Shown here one piece after another: positions 1 through 7,407 of a stretch of 16,051 nucleotides of DNA. The notes under the pieces are model-generated. The model ran no database searches. It was not told where the DNA came from and worked only from the letters and a program-made list of their open reading frames with translations. The stretch lies in NCBI GenBank assembly GCA_027031765.1, contig JALVPN010000069.1, positions 1 to 16,051 of the forward strand, in the 5' to 3' direction. The DNA comes from Promethearchaeota archaeon. GTDB taxonomy: Archaea; Asgardarchaeota; Thorarchaeia; Thorarchaeales; Thorarchaeaceae. Both the position numbers and the translations under genes were made by a program. The number at the start of each line of letters is the position of its first letter. Within the stretch, counting starts at the first letter, position 1.

Positions 1-20
1 TTTCTCGGCCTGCCAGCTCT

Positions 21-205
21 CTCGCAGAAGTTGATTTCAGATTGGGGGGATAGGAAGATGAGAATCACCGCCCCGAGCTCGCGTACGCGGCGTCCTCGCA
101 GAACTAGGTTTCAGACTGGGTGGACTGAAACAAGGGGTTCTCTGCAAGTCTGGGTGTGCGGTCGTTGTCGTTCTCGGGAGCATGTTTCACTTTGGAGGCC
201 GGAAG
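21..205 (+). CRISPR. Degenerate CRISPR array (end of an array or a mini-array): 37-nt repeats at 21-57 and 95-131, a very decayed third copy ending at 205, and 37-nt spacers
   Basis: 21-57 CTCGCAGAAGTTGATTTCAGATTGGGGGGATAGGAAG and 95-131 CTCGCAGAACTAGGTTTCAGACTGGGTGGACTGAAAC align without gaps at 28/37. The second copy ends in ACTGAAAC, a canonical crRNA 5'-handle type, and contains a GTTTCAG/CTGAAAC stem. A third remnant (CTCG...GTTTCA...TTGGAGG..GGAAG) ends at 205, keeping the 74-nt period (57, 131, 205). The array may extend left of the window. Confidence 0.72.
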
Positions 206-486
206 TGTACAGGCGCGTATGTCAGGGTCAGTCTTCTGATTTCCTACTCGGTGGCGGATGACTTATTACGTCAGTCATCTCGCTATTTTCGCAGATGGGC
301 CGCTGTGCTGTGTGGTGTCCCACTCTGCACGACGGGTCTGGGTGCTCACACACCCCGTATACACCGGACATGCAGGGAGGTGTAGTGGGGGGCCGTGTGC
401 TGTCATTTGTGGTGACACCGGCAAAGGGGATTCCAGTCATTTCCAGCGGGTGGCCTGACCGTGAGCGAAAAGGGGGTTGGCCGGCG

Positions 487-1995
487 ATGCACGATGGGTC
501 TGAGGGGTTTGAGTCCCGGTGGGAACAGCTGATGAGTGAAGGACGCTATTCCGAGGCCGGGCAGTTATACGAGGAGATGTTCCCGGTCGTTATCGAGCGT
601 GTCTGCAGGGAGTTCCGGGAGGGAGTGGTCACAGGTCCCTTGGTGGGCAGGTGCATACTTGTCCAGACTGTGGGCCTGTCCCCACTGCCACTCATCCTGG
701 TCATCCGGGCCCTTGAGCCCAAGTTCATCTACTTTGTACACACGGAACAGTCTTTGAGTTCGGTCGATGCCGTGACGCAGTACTTGGGGCTTGCCACTTC
801 CCGGTACCAGAAGGTGCCGGTGGACGGGACAGATGTCTACCAGGCCATCCGGAACATTGCGTCCCGGCTTGCAGAAGGTGGGGTGCCGGTTGTTGCAGAC
901 CTCACCGGTGGTACCAAGGTCATGTCGGTACAGCTTGCACTGTTCTCGGCGATGCGTGGTTACTCTCTGGTCTACGTCCGACACAGGACACGGCACCGCA
1001 ACATTGTGCCGGGTTCTGAGGCTGTGGTTGTGATTGAGAACCCATACGAGGTCTTCAGGCCCATTGAGTTCGGGAGAGCGCTGGAGGCAGCGAACAGCGG
1101 GGCGTTTGACAGGGCCTCCTCCGAGTTCGGGCGTCTTGAACGCATACTATCGGAGCCCGTATCTGTGCTGTGGGCCCGTGCACTGCGCCTGTACTGTGGG
1201 ATGCTGCGTGACTGGCACGAGTTCCACTATGAGGGGGCGGAGGAGTCTGCCAGTGCTCTTGAGGACCTTTTCCGGCAGTACCCGTTCCTGTCCTCTCTCA
1301 AGGAAACAGTCCAGGCGCAGGTCCATACGGTGAAACGTCTTGCGTCCACGGCTACAACGCCCTTGTTCGATGCGTTGAAAGACCCTGACACTGCCCGCCT
1401 CATGGTGCTGGACATCTATGCCAACGCGTTGCGCTGTGATGGACGAGGACGTGTTGCCGATGCCACTGTACGCTACTACCGTGCCATTGAGCTGATAGGC
1501 CAACACCTGCTTGCACTACGTGACATAGACACTGCTGCTGTGCGTTGGGAGTCGGTACCGGAGGACGCCATCGCACTGTTCCGCCGCATCGATGCCACGT
1601 TCAGGGGCCAGTCGTCGGAAGGCCCACTCCCGGAGAAGCTCGCAATGACCCAGGGGTACTCGCTCCTCGTGGCCCTCCGTGACAGTGTTGTCCTCCGTTT
1701 CCTTGCAACTATGATACACAAAGATGCGGTGGCTGGTGGTGATGATGTGCTCTCCAAGTTGGGGGGACACCTTGTGAAACGGCTCAGACGGGCGGCTGAG
1801 GCACGGAACAACCACATCCTCATCCATGGATGGACTACGTCGAGACATGGCCCAAAGGAGCACGAGAAGGTACGCAGACTGTCCCGCGAACTCATCATTG
1901 CGCTGTTCGAAGGGGACGGTGCCCGGGTGGATGAGATGCTCTCCGACCACATGTTCCCTGAGCTCTCCCTTGATACCTTGGGGCTTGCTGTCTGA
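487..1995 (+). CDS. CARF-HEPN cyclic-oligoadenylate-activated ribonuclease candidate, TIGR02710-like CRISPR-associated protein (~502 aa)
   Basis: CARF motifs TVGLSPLP and DLTGGTKVMS, then PGSE...NPY, a helical region with DATVRYYRAIELIGQ, and a HEPN R-x6-H motif RNNHILIHG (1804-1827). The ATG at 487 follows a purine-rich stretch; the ORF-track extension from 295 looks non-protein-like. Confidence 0.85.
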   Translation: MHDGSEGFESRWEQLMSEGRYSEAGQLYEEMFPVVIERVCREFREGVVTGPLVGRCILVQTVGLSPLPLILVIRALEPKFIYFVHTEQSLSSVDAVTQYLGLATSRYQKVPVDGTDVYQAIRNIASRLAEGGVPVVADLTGGTKVMSVQLALFSAMRGYSLVYVRHRTRHRNIVPGSEAVVVIENPYEVFRPIEFGRALEAANSGAFDRASSEFGRLERILSEPVSVLWARALRLYCGMLRDWHEFHYEGAEESASALEDLFRQYPFLSSLKETVQAQVHTVKRLASTATTPLFDALKDPDTARLMVLDIYANALRCDGRGRVADATVRYYRAIELIGQHLLALRDIDTAAVRWESVPEDAIALFRRIDATFRGQSSEGPLPEKLAMTQGYSLLVALRDSVVLRFLATMIHKDAVAGGDDVLSKLGGHLVKRLRRAAEARNNHILIHGWTTSRHGPKEHEKVRRLSRELIIALFEGDGARVDEMLSDHMFPELSLDTLGLAV

Positions 1996-2006
1996 CAGTC
2001 GTTCCA

Positions 2007-2036
2007 CCTAGCCAGTCTTGGCCAGGACTCTCTAGG
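2007..2036. terminator. Hairpin between convergent genes; possible terminator
   Basis: CCTAG(2007-2011)/CTAGG(2032-2036) encloses AGTCTT-GGCC-AGGACT (2014-2029). It lies in the gap between the CARF stop and the last cas7 stop. No clear U-tract. Confidence 0.3.
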
Positions 2037-2108
2037 CCACGCACCGGCTTCTTGCTGTCTGACGGTCGTCCCACTTGGGCCTTCTGCTGTGCTGTCACCG
2101 CACCCGTT

Positions 2109-2852
2109 TCAGCTGTTTCGGTCTTGGTGGTCTGTGAGCAGTGGCTCAAGTGCAGCAAAGGCCTCAGCAGGCATACACCCTTGGCAGACCTCTGGCTCTG
2201 CCATGCCAAGCAACTGTTCTGGTGTGCGGTACAGCTTGATGGTGGTGGTCCTGCAACGGAAGCGGCCCAGCCCGGCCGTTGTCCGTCCGCCCACTCCGAT
2301 GTGTCCCTGTGCGATTTCGTCGAGGACAAAGAAGAGGAGTCTCAGCACATGCGGTTCCATGATGTTCGTAATATGCAGTTCAAGCGTGGCGCTGGCACTG
2401 GGCTGTATGACCTCCTGTTTGAATGGGCCTGACTTGCCGTACGTCCGGGTCTTGGGGTCTATCGTCACATGGGCCCGTACCTCCGTCCTGCCGTCCTCAA
2501 AGAGAATGTCAGCTACCCGAACCGCTCCACGCAGTGCGACTGCACTCTCTCCGCCCACCTTGACGCCTCCAGTCCCGAACAGGACGTCAGACCATTTCAG
2601 GGCCACTCCGCCCTTGCCGATGTCAAAGCTGGGCGGTGTGAGGGCCAGCTGCTCAAGGCGCGAGAACTCCGACCTGAGTATTCCCTTAATCGATGCCCCC
2701 TTGACCAGTGGCAGTGGACTGCCCGTGCCCTGTCTTGCCCTGAGTACAGTTTCTCTGTCGGGGTCCGTACCGCCAACGCGCACTGCCGTGACGGCCTCAA
2801 GATTCATCTCCACTGCTATCAGTGAGTCCTTCCTGTCATAGCCGACCCTCAT
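2109..2852 (-). CDS. cas7: Cas7-group RAMP (Csm3-like), ~247 aa
   Basis: AVRVGG, PLVKGASIKGILRS, LFG, GAVRVAD, HVTIDPKT, and the G-loop VGGRTTAGLGRF. The ATG at 2852 overlaps the upstream stop (ATGA). Confidence 0.88.
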   Translation of the reverse strand: MRVGYDRKDSLIAVEMNLEAVTAVRVGGTDPDRETVLRARQGTGSPLPLVKGASIKGILRSEFSRLEQLALTPPSFDIGKGGVALKWSDVLFGTGGVKVGGESAVALRGAVRVADILFEDGRTEVRAHVTIDPKTRTYGKSGPFKQEVIQPSASATLELHITNIMEPHVLRLLFFVLDEIAQGHIGVGGRTTAGLGRFRCRTTTIKLYRTPEQLLGMAEPEVCQGCMPAEAFAALEPLLTDHQDRNS

Positions 2853-3973
2853 GTGTTGCACCTCCATAGGACCACTTGGTTGAGCTGGCTGTTCCGGAGC
2901 AACTCCTCTCCAATGCCTGTGAACTCGTAGCGCGCAATCTTCTCAGGCTCTGGCTTTCCTGCTGACTCTTCTGGTCTGTAGAAGAACACGCTACCTGGGA
3001 TGGCCGCTCTTATCATGGGCCGCTGCAGGCCTGTTGAGAGTGCCCACCCACTGACGGTCGTGGCCCGGCCAAAAGTGCGCTCAAGTCTGAGGCCGTCTAT
3101 GCGTTCCACATATGGTACCGACTCCCAGCCACTGTCGCCAAGCCTCACCTCAGCCACTGGCGACCTCGCAATCATTATGATGCCGCCAAAACGTTCCAGA
3201 TGGCACTCTACGAGGGGCACCAGCTCGTCGCACAGTCCATCTATCCCCTTGGGCTGTCCCACTTTCCTGAGCTGCATCAGCCCCCATCCACGTCCACGAC
3301 CCGCTCCGACCATGACCATCCTGTTCTCGTCGACCAGTCTGTCAAGGTACTGGCAGAGGTCCTCATCAATCACCACAGACGTCCTGAGGTGGCCTTCGAA
3401 CGTGCACGTCTCGTTGAAGAAGAGCACGCCCGTGACAGTAGAGCCTGTGCGGTCATCTATCTGGATGCCGGGCCTGAGTTCTTTGTGTGGCATGGTGAGT
3501 GGTTTCTTGCATGAGATGCAGACCGGCCTAGTGTAAGGGCGCCGGAAACACTCCTCGTCGTGTGTGTCACAGAACCTTGCGCCAGCGGTCGACCCATTGA
3601 TAATGATCTCCTCGGTGAGGTCGTAGGGCCGCCCATCTGTACAGACCTTGCACCCTGCCCATGTCAGCGGCGGGTGTGCCAGCTCGAGAGGGGAGTCGCA
3701 GTCGCACGCTGGGAGGGCACCCGTCACTTGCACGACTCCGGGGATGACCGACTGGGTAAAGTCACATGTGGCCCTGTCCTGACAGTTGATGCAGCGTCTG
3801 TTCTCACCGTATGGACAGAGCTCGCGGCGGATTGCCGATAGCAGGGCGCCACGCATCTTCTTGCCTGTCACATATCTCTCACTGAGATGTATGTTCCTGG
3901 CTGGCAACTGCTCCCGTAGTGCCGCTTCCGTGAGCGGCTCAAGGTACAGCTCGACCCTCACAGTCCTGCTCAC
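2849..3973 (-). CDS. csx10: Csx10-like two-RAMP subunit (Cas7-like plus Cas5-like), cysteine-rich, ~374 aa
   Basis: YVTGKKMRGALL, GIQIDDRTGST, an internal G-loop VGAGRGRGWG, and a C-terminal Cas5/Csx10-type GWALS..QRP...AAIPGSVFFY. The GTG at 3973 overlaps the upstream TGA (GTGA) and follows GAGGGAG. Confidence 0.72.
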   Translation of the reverse strand: MSRTVRVELYLEPLTEAALREQLPARNIHLSERYVTGKKMRGALLSAIRRELCPYGENRRCINCQDRATCDFTQSVIPGVVQVTGALPACDCDSPLELAHPPLTWAGCKVCTDGRPYDLTEEIIINGSTAGARFCDTHDEECFRRPYTRPVCISCKKPLTMPHKELRPGIQIDDRTGSTVTGVLFFNETCTFEGHLRTSVVIDEDLCQYLDRLVDENRMVMVGAGRGRGWGLMQLRKVGQPKGIDGLCDELVPLVECHLERFGGIIMIARSPVAEVRLGDSGWESVPYVERIDGLRLERTFGRATTVSGWALSTGLQRPMIRAAIPGSVFFYRPEESAGKPEPEKIARYEFTGIGEELLRNSQLNQVVLWRCNT

Positions 3974-4575
3974 AGGTCTCCCTCCTCGTTGTGTGTGCTG
4001 CCGTCTTCCATCTCGACCAGCACCCGCGCCCCGTGTCTTCCAAGACCTTCTCTTTTCAGATGTCGGAACACTATTCTCAACAGTCCCATCATGCCCTCCC
4101 ACTCATCGTTGTTCTCAACGGCACTCTCGTCCACGAGTATCCTGAACCTGAAGGTGGTGCCAGGTGGGACCATCTCGTGAAAGAAGAGGGCCCCTCTTGC
4201 CACAGATCGCGTCTGTGCTGACAGTCTTACACCGGGGATGATGTCTGTCTTGACCTCCCCGTCGCACAGTGCACTCGTGACTACCACAGTACCTGCGTGG
4301 TCGGCTGTCCCAAGCAGGTGGGCGATGAGCGCATCATCACTTGGCCAGCGCTTGAGGAACGCGTCGAGCTGAGAGGGAACGGTGGCGTTTCTCAGGAGTG
4401 GCAACACCAGCCGCAGGATCCAGCGCATGCGTCCCCTGATTGTGCTGCTCGGGATGAACGGTCGGCCCCTGAACCGCTGCACCAGTATCGTGCGCGTACC
4501 CCCGAGCCCCATCTTGCCTGTCCCAATGTGCATCAGGTCAACAGTTGTAAGCTTACAGCGGATCTCTCTCATCAT
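3970..4575 (-). CDS. cas7: Cas7-group RAMP (Csm3-like, probably non-catalytic), 201 aa
   Basis: LMHIGTG, PFIPSSTIRGRMR, LLGT, GVRLSAQTRSVARGALFFHEMVPPGTTF, and a short G-loop GLGRHG. ATGA overlap with the cas10 stop. Confidence 0.87.
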   Translation of the reverse strand: MMREIRCKLTTVDLMHIGTGKMGLGGTRTILVQRFRGRPFIPSSTIRGRMRWILRLVLPLLRNATVPSQLDAFLKRWPSDDALIAHLLGTADHAGTVVVTSALCDGEVKTDIIPGVRLSAQTRSVARGALFFHEMVPPGTTFRFRILVDESAVENNDEWEGMMGLLRIVFRHLKREGLGRHGARVLVEMEDGSTHNEEGDL

Positions 4576-7097
4576 CGTCCCCCCATAAGGATACGTGCGA
4601 GGACCGCGGCATCGAGCACCCCGACGCGTCGTTCCGAGTCGCCAAGGACAAGGTGGCCTATTGCACGGTAGACCTCGCTATCGCGCTTCTTAATCCCGGC
4701 CCGGTTCATCATGTATATGCAGTAGGTGGCTGCAAGGTGCCTGGCATCGTCTGTGACGGATGTATCACACAGCTGCCAGGCATCAGCAATCTGTTCGATG
4801 ACTTCGGAGGCTGCTTTCCAGAATGCCTCGACGGGCGGCTCTTCCTTGTCCGCATCTGGTTCAGTGTCCTTCGTTCTTACTGCAACGTAGTACTCAGTGG
4901 CATAGCGGACCAGGGCCTCGGATGGTTCCTTCGGGTCCTCCAACATGTGTTTGAACAGCAGGTGTTGTTCTCCATCAAGGACGAGGGGGCGCAGCGACAG
5001 ATGGGCACTCCGCCACCGCTCATGGATGGACGCTATCTCTTCGGGCCCTCCCGGCAGTGCCTTCAGTATCTCGTAGTCCACAACTACTTGGGCCTCCTCC
5101 AGACTCGTGCGGCTCACGGTCTTGCAGTGGTCCAAGAGGGCCTCTGCTGCTTCCAGCACTGGGCGGATTGTTTCTTTCGGGTCGAATGCGACCACACTCA
5201 CAGAGAACCCGAGTGCGTAGCCCATCCCCTCCCTGAACTTGTGGGCAATACGCAGGGCCAGTGGCACGGCAAAGGCTGACGGGGCAAGGAGCAGCAGGTC
5301 GTCCCCACCAGCGTACAGGGCACCGAGCTCCAACCTCAGTGACAGCTCCTCCGCGCTCTCCTCCCAATCTTTCCACCCGCGTTCTTGCAGGTACCGTTCG
5401 AACCTGTCGACGAGCCACTGGTACGAGTCCCGTATTGCCTCGTCAAGGACACGCGTGAGCAAGATGTTCTTCTCGACAAGTTCGGACATTGAACGGAGAT
5501 TCGACATGAACCTACCTGCCAGGTTGGCATCGCCCTTCAACAGTGCGATATCTGCACGTGGCTCTTCTTCGTCAGTCTCGCGACCGAGGGCTTCAGGGTC
5601 CTCACCGGCAATGAACTCGAGGACGTACTTGCTCATAGTGTCCCAACCAAGCCCGGTCACCTCTTCCCCACCGTTCTTGCGGTAGGTGCTGGCGAAGGAC
5701 TCGTCGTAACCAGTCCTGTGGAGCATCTCACAGTCCTGACAGTAGTACTGCTCAGTGTCACCCATCTTGAACTTCTTTGATGCTGCATACGTGCGGCAGG
5801 AGTCGCATCGCATCTCTATTCCCAGACCAATAGGAGTGGGAGTGACCTCCAACAGCTCATTCTTTGCAAAGGTCACGGTTTCTCGCGTCTGGTTGAGCGC
5901 ATCGATGAACAGTTCGGGCCGTTCCAGTGATAGTCTGCCCGTCCCGGTCACTACCCGCAGGCGTGTTGTGATCTTGCTGAATGCCGAACGGATGGCACTG
6001 CATACTTCGTCTTCATACCGGCTACCGACCACGAGGACCATATTGCCCCCGCCGGACGCAACTACAGTTTCGAGCGGGAGTCCCATGTCTATCAGTACAC
6101 TGTACAATGACGGGAGTCCACGTCCAAGCAAGACCTCATGGTCTTTCATGAACCCGTCAATGAGGAGCGAAGCCCCCTTGAGCTGTGAGAGGCGGTCTGT
6201 ATTGCGTATGAACGGCTGGATTCCCGAGACGTCCGCGACTACTACGCTGGGTGCCTGTGTATCTGGTGTGTCAGTACTCTTGACAGGGCTCTGTTGCCGC
6301 CCCAAGAACGCCCTGACCACCCTGTCCATGTCCTGCGTCGTCATGCCCGCCAGGGCGTCGTCGTCATCCGCCCTGTCCTTGGGCCAGCTGAGCTCTTCCA
6401 TCACCACCCCTGTGAGTTGCCCGCGGACTGACCTGTAGACAGTGACAAACTCAATCGCCCACTCAATACGCTGGTGTTCGTCGGTCTTCTCCGTGCGCAG
6501 TATGGCCGAGATCTCATCCCAGAGGTTCTCCGTGACAAGGCCAGACAGGAGCTCCTTCCCGTAGTGCTCTGCACGACTGGGGTCGTACTCGTGTCTATCA
6601 ATACGACCGAGACCATGCAGCATGGCCGCCCAACGTAACACAGAGAGGTGACGCACCCGTTCCTCCTCATGTCCGTGCACCTGAGAGTCATAGTCTATGA
6701 CGCAGACTGCTGAGGCCAGCATCTGCGTCGTCCAGAGCCCGGAGAGGTTCAGCACAGGGCGTGGGTCAACTGGTAGCTGGAACATATCGCGTACCTTGCT
6801 GCGCTCTCCAGCCAATAGCCTCTCCGTCTGCTTCCTAGTCCCATACAGCCGACGAATGGTAGCAACAGCAGCTCCCAGGTCTGCCTCCGACAGGGAACTG
6901 CGCAGTACCAACACCAAGAGGTCACAGAGCTTCCACAGCTCCTCGTAGTTGCTGCACTTGGCCCCTACAACCTCCCGCATCACCTTGTTGACTGCCTGCA
7001 CTCCCGTCTGGAGAATAGATTCCACGTCGTCTATGACTCCAACATGGGTCATCCCGCCATCGGCTCGACGGGGGACATACCAAGCCCTATGTACCAT
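4572..7097 (-). CDS. cas10: Cas10 large subunit: Palm GGDD intact, HD domain degenerate (841 aa; alternative start 7052)
   Basis: PVDPRP (PADTRP-like), VVADVSGIQPFIR, SGGGN, a CDSC...YCQDC zinc finger, LLKGDANLAG, and LYAGGDDLLL (GGDD at 5298-5309). The HD position reads LHGLGR. GAGGAGG lies upstream of the ATG at 7097. Confidence 0.95.
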   Translation of the reverse strand: MVHRAWYVPRRADGGMTHVGVIDDVESILQTGVQAVNKVMREVVGAKCSNYEELWKLCDLLVLVLRSSLSEADLGAAVATIRRLYGTRKQTERLLAGERSKVRDMFQLPVDPRPVLNLSGLWTTQMLASAVCVIDYDSQVHGHEEERVRHLSVLRWAAMLHGLGRIDRHEYDPSRAEHYGKELLSGLVTENLWDEISAILRTEKTDEHQRIEWAIEFVTVYRSVRGQLTGVVMEELSWPKDRADDDDALAGMTTQDMDRVVRAFLGRQQSPVKSTDTPDTQAPSVVVADVSGIQPFIRNTDRLSQLKGASLLIDGFMKDHEVLLGRGLPSLYSVLIDMGLPLETVVASGGGNMVLVVGSRYEDEVCSAIRSAFSKITTRLRVVTGTGRLSLERPELFIDALNQTRETVTFAKNELLEVTPTPIGLGIEMRCDSCRTYAASKKFKMGDTEQYYCQDCEMLHRTGYDESFASTYRKNGGEEVTGLGWDTMSKYVLEFIAGEDPEALGRETDEEEPRADIALLKGDANLAGRFMSNLRSMSELVEKNILLTRVLDEAIRDSYQWLVDRFERYLQERGWKDWEESAEELSLRLELGALYAGGDDLLLLAPSAFAVPLALRIAHKFREGMGYALGFSVSVVAFDPKETIRPVLEAAEALLDHCKTVSRTSLEEAQVVVDYEILKALPGGPEEIASIHERWRSAHLSLRPLVLDGEQHLLFKHMLEDPKEPSEALVRYATEYYVAVRTKDTEPDADKEEPPVEAFWKAASEVIEQIADAWQLCDTSVTDDARHLAATYCIYMMNRAGIKKRDSEVYRAIGHLVLGDSERRVGVLDAAVLARILMGGR

Positions 7098-7407
7098 CTC
7101 GTGCTGCCTCCTCTAGAAGGTCTTTCAAACGGACTGTCCCGGGCACTGGGTGCTCGAGCCCAAGGGCCTGCGCAATCTCTGCCCGTGCCCGCGGGTGCAG
7201 GAACGGGTTGTCCTTTCCGTCTACTATCACCGGATCCCTCTCAATCTGCTGACCCCCACTTTTTTCCCAGGGGATAATCTTGAACACGCCGTCCTCAACG
7301 ACCACTCTGAGCCCGCGTCTTGCGTCGACATCCTCTTCTGTAGGCCGATGTATTGAGATGGCCAGCTCGTCGGTCAGCAGAATATAGAACAGTGTCCTCC
7401 CCGTCAT
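7087..7407 (-). CDS. Small uncharacterised protein inside the cas operon (106 aa)
   Basis: Fills the gap between the cas7 fusion and cas10 exactly. It has an ATGA overlap at its start and an 11-nt overlap with the cas10 start. No family recognised. Confidence 0.75.
   Translation of the reverse strand: MTGRTLFYILLTDELAISIHRPTEEDVDARRGLRVVVEDGVFKIIPWEKSGGQQIERDPVIVDGKDNPFLHPRARAEIAQALGLEHPVPGTVRLKDLLEEAARDGT

Noticed and set aside
295-486. 64-aa N-terminal extension of the CARF ORF from the first possible start
   Set aside because: It does not resemble the family and looks like intergenic translation; ATG 487 gives a normal start.
2089-2841. 250-aa + strand ORF and similar long antisense ORFs (4653-5279, 5755-6438, 8773-9339, 9291-9902, 13096-13743, 14493-15254, 11640-12461)
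   Set aside because: Shadow frames of well-supported genes in GC-rich DNA, with no motifs.
4572-7097. Assignment to cyclase-dead type III variants or to III-E
   Set aside because: GGDD is intact, and Cas10 and Cas11 are separate genes.
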